A stretch of 64,000 bases of DNA from Thermoanaerobaculia bacterium. GTDB lineage: Bacteria > Acidobacteriota > Thermoanaerobaculia > UBA5066. The position numbers and the translations under genes were made by a program. Position 1 is the first letter of the stretch. The number at the start of each line of letters is the position of its first letter. The stretch spans positions 2,848,001 to 2,912,000 of the forward strand of contig CAVRAY010000001.1 in the NCBI GenBank assembly GCA_963719225.1, in the 5' to 3' direction. The notes under the pieces are model-generated. The model saw only the letters and a program-made list of their open reading frames with translations. It did not search any database and had not been told where the DNA came from. Shown here piece after piece: positions 19,224 through 28,706 of this stretch.

Positions 19224-19658
19224 ATGATCGAAAAGCTGTTCCGGTCTTTCCGGTCGCCCTTCAGCGCAACCTCCCGCGAGGACTTCACCCTCGAGGAGGA
19301 GGTCGCGCTTTACCGCCACCGCGCGGAAGTCGCGCTCGAAGAGGAACGCTACAACGACGCCCTCGTATTTCTCGCGAAGATCCTGCGGCTCAATCCCTAC
19401 GATCTGCAGGCGCGGATGACCGTCGCCCACACGTACCATTACGCGCTGAGCGAGCCGACGAAGGCCCTCCTCACGTACGAGAAGGTCGTCGCGGCGTCCG
19501 GTTACGACGAGTCGAATTCCTATGCCGTCGCGGCCCGCGAAGGCATTCGCGAGCTGGAGGGAGCGATCGACACGGCGGTCCTTCCCCTCGACGAGCTCAT
19601 GGAAGAGGACGAATCCCTCGAAGACGACGGCGGTCGCGTCCACAACGTCGCCGGATAG
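19224..19658 (+). CDS. Small tetratricopeptide-repeat protein
   Basis: SD AGGAG; YNDALVFLAKILRLNP and KALLTYEKV TPR-like helices; acidic tail. Confidence 0.75.
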   Translation: MIEKLFRSFRSPFSATSREDFTLEEEVALYRHRAEVALEEERYNDALVFLAKILRLNPYDLQARMTVAHTYHYALSEPTKALLTYEKVVAASGYDESNSYAVAAREGIRELEGAIDTAVLPLDELMEEDESLEDDGGRVHNVAG

Positions 19659-19769
19659 CGGGCTTCCCCCGAATCCCTTTTCTTCCATCCTTTCAAGTCG
19701 CCATCGACCCGCTCCCGCGGGCCGGTGACGACGTTGACGCGCCGGCCGGAGCCGATGTTAAGATCGAAC

Positions 19770-20528
19770 GTGCCCCGGCTGGCGACCTCCTCCCCCCCTC
19801 ACGCCGTCGCCGTCATCCCCTCCCGCTACGGGGCGGAGCGCTTTCCGGGTAAGCCGCTCCATCCGATCGCCGGAATTCCCATGGTCCTACGGGTCCTCGA
19901 GCGCGCGCGCGCGGCGAGACGGATTTCGACGGTCCTCGTCGCGACAGACGACGAGAGGATCGCGCGAGCGGTCGAAACCGCCGGAGGCCGGGCAGTGATG
20001 ACGGACCCGGCGTTGCCGTCGGGCACGGACCGGGTCTGGGCGGCCGTGAAAGACCTGGAAGTGGATGTCGTCCTGAACGTGCAGGGGGACGAGCCTCTGA
20101 TGGATCCCGAGAACATCGACCGCGTGGCGGGTTTTCTCCTGGAGCATCCGGAGTTTCCGCTGGCGACGGTCGCGCTTCCCATCGACGACCCAGCCGAGAT
20201 CGCGAATCCGAACAACGTCAAGGTCGTGCGCGGCGACGACGGCAGGGCTCTCTACTTTTCGCGCGCCGCTCTCCCCTACCGCCGGAGGCCCGAGACCGCG
20301 CTGCCGACGCTCAAGCACCTCGGCCTCTACGGCTACCGCAAGGACGCGCTGAGGCGCTGGACGAGCCTGCCTCAGCACGCCCTCGAGCGCGCCGAGAGCC
20401 TCGAGCAGCTCCGCGCGCTCGCGGCGGGAATGGCGATGGCGGTGCTGGACGCGGCCAGCGACTCGATCGGAGTGGACACGGAAGAAGATGCAAAGAGAGT
20501 AGAAGAGATTCTTCTCGCGGAGGTGTAG
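19770..20528 (+). CDS. kdsB: 3-deoxy-manno-octulosonate cytidylyltransferase
   Basis: [27 protein letters not shown] and ESLEQLRAL motifs; start uncertain (19725-19770). Confidence 0.95.
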   Translation: MPRLATSSPPHAVAVIPSRYGAERFPGKPLHPIAGIPMVLRVLERARAARRISTVLVATDDERIARAVETAGGRAVMTDPALPSGTDRVWAAVKDLEVDVVLNVQGDEPLMDPENIDRVAGFLLEHPEFPLATVALPIDDPAEIANPNNVKVVRGDDGRALYFSRAALPYRRRPETALPTLKHLGLYGYRKDALRRWTSLPQHALERAESLEQLRALAAGMAMAVLDAASDSIGVDTEEDAKRVEEILLAEV

Positions 20529-20529
20529 G

Positions 20530-22221
20530 GTGGGAACCAAATACATTTTCATCACCGGCGGCGTGGTCTCGGGCCTCGGCAAGGGCATCGCCGCGGCGTC
20601 GATGGGCGCGCTCCTGGAAGCGCGGGGGTTCCGCGTCACTCTCCAGAAGTTCGACCCCTACCTGAACGTGGATCCCGGCACGATGTCGCCGTTCCAGCAC
20701 GGCGAGGTCTACGTGACCGACGACGGCGCCGAGACCGACCTCGACCTCGGGCACTACGAGCGGTTCACCTCCGCCGTCACCGGGAAGGCGAACAGCGTGA
20801 CGACCGGAAAGATCTATCTCTCGGTCATCGAGAAGGAGCGCCGCGGCGACTTCCTCGGGAAGACGGTTCAGGTCATTCCGCACATCACGGACGAGATCAA
20901 AGACTGCATCCGCCGCGTCGCGGGCGACAACGACGTCGTCCTCGTCGAGATCGGCGGCACCGTCGGCGACATCGAGTCTCTGCCGTTCCTCGAGGCGATC
21001 CGCCAGTTCCGCCAGGACGTGGGCCGCGGCAACGCGATCAACGTGCATCTCACGCTCGTGCCGCACATCGCGGCGTCCGACGAGCTGAAGACGAAGCCCA
21101 CGCAGCACTCCGTCAAGGAGCTTCTCTCCATCGGGATCCAGCCGGACATCCTCCTCTGCCGGGCCGACCGCTCCATTCCCGAGGAGATGAAGAAGAAGAT
21201 CGCGCTCTTCTGCAACGTGGACGAGCGGGCCGTCATCACGGCGCGCGACGTCCCGTCGATCTACGAGGTGCCGCTCGCGTTCGCGCGCGAGGGGCTCGAC
21301 GAGATCCTCCTCGACTACCTCTCCCTTCCCCACTACGACCGCGACCTCGCGAAGTGGGATTCGATCGTGAACCGCGTCAAGAACCCCCAGGAGGAGGTCA
21401 CGATCGCGTTCGTGGGCAAGTACGTGCAGCTCGGGGACAGCTACAAGTCCCTGAACGAGGCGCTCCACCACGGCGGCATCGCGAACAACGTGAAGGTCAG
21501 GATCTCGTTCGTCGATTCCGAGGAGCTGGAGACGGCCGGCTTCCCCGAGACGCTCGCCCGCGCGGACGCGATCCTCGTGGGGCCGGGCTTCGGCCGGCGC
21601 GGCATCGAAGGGAAGCTGAAGGCGATCCGACTCGCGCGTGAAACGAAGGTCCCGTTCTTCGGAATCTGTCTCGGGCTTCAATGCGCCGTCATCGAATACG
21701 CGCGGAACGTCTGCGGCATCAAGGACGCGAACTCGACGGAGTTCGAGCCGAACGCGCCGCACAAGGTCATCTTCATGCTGCGCGACCTCATCGGGGTCGA
21801 AGCGCTCGGCGGCACGATGCGTCTCGGGAAGTACCCGTGCGACCTCGCGGAGGGCACGCTCGCGCGGCGCGCGTACGGCGAACCGACGATCTGGGAGCGC
21901 CACCGTCACCGCTACGAGGTGAACCAGGAGTACCTGCCGGCGCTGCGCGACGCCGGCATGACGTTCTGCGGCATGTCGCCGGACCGGAAGTTCGTGGAGA
22001 TGATCGAGCTCTCCGACCACCCGTGGTTCCTCGGCTGCCAGTTCCACCCCGAGTTCAAGAGCAAGCCCACCGCGCCGCACCCGCTCTTCAAGGACTTCGT
22101 CCGCGCCGCCCGCGCCCACAAGCACGCGCGGCAGGAAGGTGTCGACAAGAAGAGCGCCGAGCTGGTGCCCGCCGTCGTCGCGCCGGCGAACCTTCCGACC
22201 CCGAACGGCCAGTCGGCGTGA
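20530..22221 (+). CDS. pyrG: CTP synthase
   Basis: [39 protein letters not shown] and QFHPEF motifs. Confidence 0.99.
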   Translation: MGTKYIFITGGVVSGLGKGIAAASMGALLEARGFRVTLQKFDPYLNVDPGTMSPFQHGEVYVTDDGAETDLDLGHYERFTSAVTGKANSVTTGKIYLSVIEKERRGDFLGKTVQVIPHITDEIKDCIRRVAGDNDVVLVEIGGTVGDIESLPFLEAIRQFRQDVGRGNAINVHLTLVPHIAASDELKTKPTQHSVKELLSIGIQPDILLCRADRSIPEEMKKKIALFCNVDERAVITARDVPSIYEVPLAFAREGLDEILLDYLSLPHYDRDLAKWDSIVNRVKNPQEEVTIAFVGKYVQLGDSYKSLNEALHHGGIANNVKVRISFVDSEELETAGFPETLARADAILVGPGFGRRGIEGKLKAIRLARETKVPFFGICLGLQCAVIEYARNVCGIKDANSTEFEPNAPHKVIFMLRDLIGVEALGGTMRLGKYPCDLAEGTLARRAYGEPTIWERHRHRYEVNQEYLPALRDAGMTFCGMSPDRKFVEMIELSDHPWFLGCQFHPEFKSKPTAPHPLFKDFVRAARAHKHARQEGVDKKSAELVPAVVAPANLPTPNGQSA

Positions 22222-22445
22222 CGGACGTCGTCTCCTTCGACCCGAAGAGCCGCTACGGGAAGACGGCGGAGCGCTGGGGCAACCTTCTCCTCCCGGAGGG
22301 CGCCGCCCGCATCGACACGCGCTTCGCCTTCGAGGGCCAGCCCGGGACGACGTATCGCGTGCTGCGCGAAAACGTCTTCCCGCAGGATCCGGCGAAACGC
22401 CTTTATTACTACCTGCGCACGTCCGACAACCCGAACAACTCCTGA
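22218..22445 (+). CDS. Hypothetical 75-aa protein
   Basis: GTG overlaps the pyrG stop (GTGA); GC3-rich codons; [14 protein letters not shown]... Confidence 0.6.
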   Translation: MTDVVSFDPKSRYGKTAERWGNLLLPEGAARIDTRFAFEGQPGTTYRVLRENVFPQDPAKRLYYYLRTSDNPNNS

Positions 22446-22452
22446 CGCGCGC

Positions 22453-24720
22453 TCAGGAGCAGAGGGCCGACAGAGCCCGGGAAGCGCGGTCGATCTTCCG
22501 GTAGACGGGGATTCCGCCGCGCTGGAGGACGGCGACGAAATCGTCGTAGAGGCGTCCGGAGTCGACGTTCACGACGAGCGGCTTCTTCGTCGCGCGGAAG
22601 AGGCGCAGCAGCTCCTGGGCGAGCGCGCCCTTCGAAAACAGGTTCTCGGAGTGCGCCCCGAAAGGATCCGGCGCGAGGATGTCGAGCGACGGCGTGACGG
22701 GGATCGGAGACACGAGAAGGGAATCCACGCCGGGATCGTCGAGGAGCGCCGCCGCCGCTTCCACGAACGCGGGTGTCTCCGCCATGGGCGTCGCGTCGAT
22801 GGGGTTCGTCGCATGGGCGATGGCCGGAAGGCACGCGCGAAGACGGGCGAGCGTCGGTTCCGCGAGCGTTGCCGGCGTCAGGCCGTAGAGCTTGTCCAGA
22901 ACGGCCGCGCATTCGAAGCCGGCGTTCGAGAGCACCGCGAGACGCCGGCCCGCGGGCAGCCGGTCGCCGAGCATCGTATAGGCCTTCGTGTAGTCCTCGA
23001 ACATGTCGAGCGACTGCGCGACGAGAACGCCCGCACCCTCGAGAAGCGCTTTCGCGACCGCATAGTCGCCGGCGAGCGAAGCCGTGTGGCTGCGCGTGGC
23101 CTCGGCGCCGAGCGCCGTCTTGCCAGCCTTGAAGAGAATGACGTGGCGTCCCTCCTGCGTGACGCGGCGCGCCACACGCGCGAACCGCTCTCCGTCCATC
23201 GGCGCGAACCCTTCGACGTAGAAGACGAGGAGGCGGATGGTCGCGTCGTCGGCGAAGTACTCGAGGAAATCCGCCGCAGTGAGATCCATCTGGTTGCCGT
23301 ACGAGATCGACGCGCGGGGGAACACGATGCCGTCGAGGTTGCTCGTGAGCGAGACGAGGTACGCCCCGCTCTGGCTGACGGCCACGAGGCCGTCGCCCGG
23401 CGCGTCGTGGAACGGCAGCTTGTACTGAGGAAGGAAGAAGGTGTTGTACTGCCTCTTCGAGACGATGCCGAGGCAGTTGCCGCCCACGAGCACGGGCCCG
23501 CCGTCCGGCCTCGCGTGCGCGGCGGTCAGGGTTCCACGGAGTCGCGCTTCGAGATCGGCGTGGCCCGCCTCGCCGAAGCCGCCCGGAATCAGAATCACGG
23601 ACTCGGCTCGGCCGCGGGCGAGTGCTTCCACGACTTCCGTCGCCGCGGGGGCCGGCACGGAGACGACGGCGAGGTCGACTCTCTCGGGCAGAGCGTCCAC
23701 GGACGGGACGCATGGCACGCCGTCGATCGATTTCTCCTGCGCGTGGACCGCGAAGAGGTGGCCGTAGGCGATGCCGTCGGACTGCTTGAGGTTCCGGAGG
23801 ATGATCCGGCCCGGGTTCATCGCGTGTGCGGAAGCGCCGATGACTGCGGCGCTCCGGGGGGCAAGGAGTCGAGAGATCTTGGAGAGGGGACGCGGCGAAA
23901 GAGCAAGGCGCCGGGAGGAGATCCGCGCCTTCCCGTCCGCGACCACCCATCGCCCATCCGTCGTGAGCAAGAGCGGGTTTACTTCCAGTTCTTCAAGAGT
24001 CGGATTGCCCAGTGAGTTGTCAGGAGAATAGGAGAGAAGATTCTTAGAGAGGTTTTCGAGGCGAACGGCCACCTCGTCGAGCACGAGCGGCGCCTGCGCC
24101 TGCCCTCTATTCCTTTCAAAGAAAATCTTCAACGCCGGATTCTTCTCGACTCCAGCCCGGAGGCCCCGCTCCACCTCTCCGGGCTGCAAGATCACAGTCG
24201 TCGCCCCCGGCGCAAGCTCGCCGTACCACTCGGTCAGAACGCCGCCGAGGCCGAAGACGAGGACGGGCCCGAACGCGGGGTCGTGCTTGAAGGAGAGGAG
24301 CGCCTCGGCCGCGGGTGTGCCGGAGGCGGGAACGAGCTTCTCCACGACGAGGATCCCGAGGCGCTGGGCTGCGGGCCCTCGGCGGGAAACGTTTTCCCAC
24401 ATCGTCCTCGCCGCAGCGATGACCGACGCAGGAGATTTCTTTGAAAATGAGAATCCGCCGACGTCGGACTTGTGGGCGAGATCCGGTGAGACGATCTTGA
24501 GGACGACTTCGTCCCCTCTCGACCCTTCTAAGAAATCTTCAATCTCCGTGGGCACCAGCCCCGGCGCGCCGCTCCAGAAGACGTGTCGCGGCACGTCGAA
24601 GCCCGCCGCGCCGAGCAGCGCGTAGACCTCGTGCTCGAAGAGCGTCGCGCGGCCGTCCGCACGCGCCTTCCGGAGGATCGCCGCCGGTGAAACGGCGTCT
24701 ACCGCGGCCGCTCCGCTCAT
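22453..24720 (-). CDS. ADP-forming acetate/acyl-CoA ligase, beta-alpha fused order
   Basis: N-terminal ATP-grasp (LKIVSPDLAHKSDVGG, LEVNPL), then CoA-binding (AVIGAS, GGNCLG, SQSG, SHTASLAG). Confidence 0.9.
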   Translation of the reverse strand: MSGAAAVDAVSPAAILRKARADGRATLFEHEVYALLGAAGFDVPRHVFWSGAPGLVPTEIEDFLEGSRGDEVVLKIVSPDLAHKSDVGGFSFSKKSPASVIAAARTMWENVSRRGPAAQRLGILVVEKLVPASGTPAAEALLSFKHDPAFGPVLVFGLGGVLTEWYGELAPGATTVILQPGEVERGLRAGVEKNPALKIFFERNRGQAQAPLVLDEVAVRLENLSKNLLSYSPDNSLGNPTLEELEVNPLLLTTDGRWVVADGKARISSRRLALSPRPLSKISRLLAPRSAAVIGASAHAMNPGRIILRNLKQSDGIAYGHLFAVHAQEKSIDGVPCVPSVDALPERVDLAVVSVPAPAATEVVEALARGRAESVILIPGGFGEAGHADLEARLRGTLTAAHARPDGGPVLVGGNCLGIVSKRQYNTFFLPQYKLPFHDAPGDGLVAVSQSGAYLVSLTSNLDGIVFPRASISYGNQMDLTAADFLEYFADDATIRLLVFYVEGFAPMDGERFARVARRVTQEGRHVILFKAGKTALGAEATRSHTASLAGDYAVAKALLEGAGVLVAQSLDMFEDYTKAYTMLGDRLPAGRRLAVLSNAGFECAAVLDKLYGLTPATLAEPTLARLRACLPAIAHATNPIDATPMAETPAFVEAAAALLDDPGVDSLLVSPIPVTPSLDILAPDPFGAHSENLFSKGALAQELLRLFRATKKPLVVNVDSGRLYDDFVAVLQRGGIPVYRKIDRASRALSALCS
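24034..24540. repeat. Four copies (two inverted pairs) of the dispersed motif inside the acyl-CoA ligase gene
   Basis: GAAGATTCTTAGAGAGGT (about 24036), CCTTTCAAAGAAAATCTTC (24112), GAGATTTCTTTGAAAATGA (24432), ACCCTTCTAAGAAATCTTC (24522). Confidence 0.75.
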
Positions 24721-24992
24721 CCCGGGAAGCCGCGGAGCTGAAGCTCCATGGCTTCGAGGCCGTCGAGCATCCGCGTGACCTCGACGCACTGGTCGCAGTT
24801 CGCGTGCACGCTCTGGCACGGGACGCCGTCCGACTGGTGCTCGGGACAGCGCGGCTCGCGCGCCATCTGGAAGAGGGCTTCGATGAGCGCCTTCACGCGC
24901 GTCTTCAGCGAGGACTCCGGGACGTCGCGCAGGCCCATGAGCAGGCGGTACTCGGCGGGTGTCAGGGAAACGGGGATCAGGTCCTGGGTCAT
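24717..24992 (-). CDS. Small 91-aa four-cysteine protein
   Basis: SD GGAGG; stop overlaps the ligase ATG; CPEHQSDGVPCQSVHANCDQC. Confidence 0.8.
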   Translation of the reverse strand: MTQDLIPVSLTPAEYRLLMGLRDVPESSLKTRVKALIEALFQMAREPRCPEHQSDGVPCQSVHANCDQCVEVTRMLDGLEAMELQLRGFPG

Positions 24993-25006
24993 GGTGTCCT
25001 CCGCGT

Positions 25007-26428
25007 TCAGTTCGGAGCCGGCGTGACGGATCGCATCCCCCAGGAGAAGGCCTCTTCGTTCAGGGGAATCAGCGCGCACTTGTCCTTGAGGGCGAGGCGA
25101 ATGGCGGTGCGGAAGGTCTCGGCGGGAAAGAGCCTCGTCGCGGCCTGGAGCGCGCCGAGCGCGACGATGTTCTTCACCATCGCCTTGCCGAGGTCCACGG
25201 CGATCTCGGTGAAGGGCACGCCGAAGACGCGCACGCCGTCGCGGAACGCGGGCGGGTTCTTCACGACGGAGCTGTCGTAGAGGATGGTCCCGCCGACCGG
25301 CACGTCCGGAGCGAACTTCGCGAGGCTCGGGGCGTTGAACGCGACCAGGATCGCGGGATGCGGAGATGCCGGCGACAGGACCTCGTCGGCGCTCACGTGC
25401 ACGTCGGCGTACGAGGTGCCGCCGCGCGACTCGGGCCCGTAGCTCGGGATGTGGGTTGCGTCGTAGCCCTCGTGGATGGCCGCGCGCGTCAGGAGCATCG
25501 CCGCCGTCTGCGCGCCGTCGCCTCCCGCGCCCGCGAGCTTCAGGGCGATGTCCGTGCCGCCGAGATGCGTGGGGAATCCGGCCGCGAAGCGCTCGGGGCG
25601 CTCGGCGGAAGCTCCGATCGCCGCGAGGAGGCTCTCGGCGTCGAAGCGCGGCTTCCCGAGGTGGAACGAGGGCTCTACGACGACGTCCTTCTTCACGCCG
25701 AGCGGGAAGACCGGAAGCATCTTCTCCTTGACCCAGCGCTCCGTCTCCTCGGGCGTCATCCCGAGGTGCGTCGGGCATTCGGCGAGCACCTCGACGAACG
25801 CGAGGCCCCGGTTCTCGGCCTGCAGTTTCACGGCCTTCAGGATGGCTTTCTTCGCCTTCATGCGCTGCTTCGCGTCGAAGAGCGCGACACGCTCGACGTA
25901 CACCGGCCCGTCGAGCCCGGCGACGAGCTCGGCCATCTTCATCGGCTGCCCCATCATGGCCGTGCGGCCTGTCGGGCTCGTGGCGCTCTTCTGGCCGATG
26001 AGCGTCGTCGGCGCCATCTGGCCGCCGGTCATCCCGTAGATCGCGTTGTTCACGAAGATCACGGTGATCGGAGTGCCGAGCTGCGTCGCCGAGACGATCT
26101 CGGCGAGGCCGATGGAGGCGAGGTCGCCGTCTCCCTGATAGCTGATCACGACCGCTTCCGGATTCGCGTACTTGTGGCCGAGAGCTACGGCCGGCGCGCG
26201 CCCGTGGGCGGCCTGCGAGTTCCCGACGTCGAAGTAGTAATAGAGGAAAACAGAGCAGCCGACGGGCGAGATCGCGACCGTGCGGTCCTGGATGCCGAGC
26301 TCCTCGATCGCCTCGGCGAGGTACTTGTGCGCGAGCCCGTGTCCGCAGCCGGGGCAGTAGTGCGTCGCGTGGCTCTTCAGCCCTTCTCCGCCCGCGTGGC
26401 GCTCGAACTTCTCGTAGAAGACGCTCAT
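25007..26428 (-). CDS. 2-oxoacid:ferredoxin oxidoreductase beta-gamma fusion (Vor-type)
   Basis: YCPGCGHG, GDGD...NN TPP motif, YGMTGGQ; gamma motifs GAGGDG and SYGPESRGG. Confidence 0.93.
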   Translation of the reverse strand: MSVFYEKFERHAGGEGLKSHATHYCPGCGHGLAHKYLAEAIEELGIQDRTVAISPVGCSVFLYYYFDVGNSQAAHGRAPAVALGHKYANPEAVVISYQGDGDLASIGLAEIVSATQLGTPITVIFVNNAIYGMTGGQMAPTTLIGQKSATSPTGRTAMMGQPMKMAELVAGLDGPVYVERVALFDAKQRMKAKKAILKAVKLQAENRGLAFVEVLAECPTHLGMTPEETERWVKEKMLPVFPLGVKKDVVVEPSFHLGKPRFDAESLLAAIGASAERPERFAAGFPTHLGGTDIALKLAGAGGDGAQTAAMLLTRAAIHEGYDATHIPSYGPESRGGTSYADVHVSADEVLSPASPHPAILVAFNAPSLAKFAPDVPVGGTILYDSSVVKNPPAFRDGVRVFGVPFTEIAVDLGKAMVKNIVALGALQAATRLFPAETFRTAIRLALKDKCALIPLNEEAFSWGMRSVTPAPN

Positions 26429-27816
26429 GCCGGCACCTCCTGGGAAACGCGGACGGCCGCGGCGATCTCGGCCGCCTGCGGCAGGATGCCGCCCGAGTGC
26501 CGGACGCTTTCGATGGCGGGCGGCGCGACGCCTGCCTTCGAGAGGGCGAGGCGAAGCTCGTCCTCGAGCTGGCCGTTGCTGGCTTCGACGACGAGGATCC
26601 TCTTCACGTTGGGCAGGAACGCTTTCAACGCGGCGATGGGGAACGGCCACAGCGTGACCGGACGAAAGAGGCCCACGGGCACGCCCTCCTTGCGCAGCGT
26701 CTCGACCGCGCCCTTCGCCATCCGCGCCGGCGTTCCGAACGCCACGACGAGGGTCGTCGCGTCCGAGCAGGCGAACGCGTCGGACCTCTGCTCGGCTTCC
26801 ATGCGCTTGTATTTCTCGTTCAGGTGCGCGTTGTGGCTCTCGAGATCCTTCTCGTCGAGGTAGATCGAATTGATGAGGTTGCCGCGGTGGGCGGCGTCGC
26901 CGAAGACCGCCCAGTCCGGAAGGCCGGGCTGGATCATCGTGTCCGGGAGCACGACCTTGCCCGTCATCTGTCCGAGGTAACCGTCCGCGGCGATGACGAC
27001 CGGATTCCGGTAGCGGAACGACAGCTCGAAGGCAAGCCGCGTGAGGTCGAGCATTTCCTGCGGCGTCGAGGGGGCGAGGACGATCGCGTGCGTGTTTCCG
27101 TGGCCGAGGCCGCGGCACGCGAGCTTCACGTCGGCCTGCTCGGGGGCGATGTTTCCGAGGCCGGGCCCGCCGCGCATCACGTTCACGAACACGCCCGGCA
27201 CCTCGGCGCCGATCATGTAGGAGATGCCCTCGAGCATGAGGCTGAAGCCGGGCGACGAGGTGAACGTCATGCAGGGAAGGCCTGCGCCGCCGCAGCCGTA
27301 CATCATGTTCACGGTCGCGACCTCGCTCACCGCCTGCAGGAAGACGCCATCCAGCTTCGGCATCAGCTTCGCCATCAGCTCGGCGCCTTCGGTGGAAGGC
27401 GTGATCGGATAGCCGAAGACGTGACGGCAGCCTGCGACGAGCGCGCCGATCGCCGCGGCGTAGTTGCCTTTCAGGACGAGCGGCGCGACGGACGGCAAGG
27501 GAACTTCTCGAGGAGGAATGGGCGCCGGTCGGGGCGGGGCCGCCCGGGTTCCGAACAGCTTTTCCGGGTCCTGGAGCTCGAAGTCGCCTTCCGGCTGCGG
27601 CCTCAAGCCGTATGGCTCGGGGCACGCGTCGAGACACAGCCCGCAGCCGTTGCAGGCCTCGAGATTCAGCGCGACCGGCACGAGGCCCGTTCGCGGATCG
27701 ATCTCGCGGCCCGCCGTGATGCAGTCCTTCGCGCACGCGTCGATGCAACGGCCGCAGCCTTTGCAGAACTCCGGCAGAAGGAAGGGTTTGGGGCGTTCCC
27801 TGAGCGCAGTGGGCAT
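26425..27816 (-). CDS. 2-oxoacid:ferredoxin oxidoreductase ferredoxin(delta)-alpha fusion (Vor-type)
   Basis: CKGCGRC...C and CNGCGLC...CP; GYPITPSTE, TSSPGFSLM and RGGPGLG motifs; SD GGAGG. Confidence 0.93.
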   Translation of the reverse strand: MPTALRERPKPFLLPEFCKGCGRCIDACAKDCITAGREIDPRTGLVPVALNLEACNGCGLCLDACPEPYGLRPQPEGDFELQDPEKLFGTRAAPPRPAPIPPREVPLPSVAPLVLKGNYAAAIGALVAGCRHVFGYPITPSTEGAELMAKLMPKLDGVFLQAVSEVATVNMMYGCGGAGLPCMTFTSSPGFSLMLEGISYMIGAEVPGVFVNVMRGGPGLGNIAPEQADVKLACRGLGHGNTHAIVLAPSTPQEMLDLTRLAFELSFRYRNPVVIAADGYLGQMTGKVVLPDTMIQPGLPDWAVFGDAAHRGNLINSIYLDEKDLESHNAHLNEKYKRMEAEQRSDAFACSDATTLVVAFGTPARMAKGAVETLRKEGVPVGLFRPVTLWPFPIAALKAFLPNVKRILVVEASNGQLEDELRLALSKAGVAPPAIESVRHSGGILPQAAEIAAAVRVSQEVPA

Positions 27817-28055
27817 GCGGGAACCTCCACGGTCAAGGTACCCGTCTGGACACCTCTTGCGGTATCCCGCAAATGAATCAGGTCCGTCAAAAAAACGGGT
27901 AAGAGACTCGCTGGCGTTTCCGGTTTTGAGATAGGATCTCGACGGCAATCCAGGAAGAGGGAACAGCTGGTCGTGACGTGGGCTCGTCCCACGTTCCGAT
28001 TCGACACACAGATTTCGTACGACGTCGTGACGCGACGAGGAAAGGGCTTTTTTCG

Positions 28056-28427
28056 ATGAGACAGCTCCGCCGCGTGTACGTTTCATCCTTAATTCCGAAC
28101 CTTCTCGTGGCCGCCACCGTCGCCTGTGCGCTCGCGCTGCTCACCCTCCCGCTTTCAGCCGCAACCGGCGAGGCCCTCGTCACGATGGGTCCGTGTCGCG
28201 CCGTGGATACGCGGGGCCCGGCGGGGCCGCACGAGCCTGTGATCGTGAGAATCCGGGTCTCGTTCGCGCCGAGCGCTGGACCTCCGAGTGGCCCCTCTGC
28301 GGAATGCGCCGCCCCGTAGACGCGGCTCGCGTCCGGAAGTTCATGGAAGCCCTCGTGCGACCGGTGCCGCGGCGTCACCCGCGTAGAGCTGCGCGTATCC
28401 GGCGGCCGTCGGGTCGACGACCGTGAC
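28056..28427. pseudogene. Rearranged remnant of a secreted PCRxxDTR-domain protein (pieces on both strands)
   Basis: Plus strand: signal peptide then PCRAVDTRGPAG. Minus 28295-28223: GPLGGPALGANETRILTITGSCG. Minus 28427-28356: VTVVDPTAAGYAQLYAGDAAAPVA. Confidence 0.7.
28304..28355 (+). pseudogene. 5' fragment of a probable nucleotidyltransferase (DUF6036-like) gene
   Basis: MRRPVDAARVRKFMEAL overlapping ...AECAAP*; family assigned from memory of such gene pairs. Confidence 0.5.
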
Positions 28428-28429
28428 GG

Positions 28430-28675
28430 TTCGAATGAAACGAGCCGCCGGATCAGGGCGTTGTAGCGCGAATGGGCCGAGTTCGGATCGGAGAGCGCGA
28501 GGAGCGCGTAGAGCCGATCCTTGGGCGATGAGAGGGGCTCGGGGATCTGGAGACCGATTCGCCGAAGGCGAGCCGCACCGATCGAAACGAGAAGCGCTTC
28601 CTGAGAATCGACCGCGCGAGAGAGGTCTTCGATCCCTCGTGCGACGAATTCGGCCCCCGGCAGATTTTCGGTCAC
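28430..28675 (-). pseudogene. Small conserved hypothetical protein whose C-terminus is displaced by an inversion
   Basis: MTENLPGAEFVARG...AHSRYNALIRRLVSFE; expected end (AECAAP*) is on the plus strand at 28299-28319; TATCAT 6 nt upstream. Confidence 0.65.
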
Positions 28676-28706
28676 AAACCGATGATACGCGGCGCTTCGT
28701 GGCCGG

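Noticed and set aside
27887-28675. 262-aa minus-strand ORF as a single gene
   Set aside because: It is a read-through across rearrangement junctions joining unrelated fragments.
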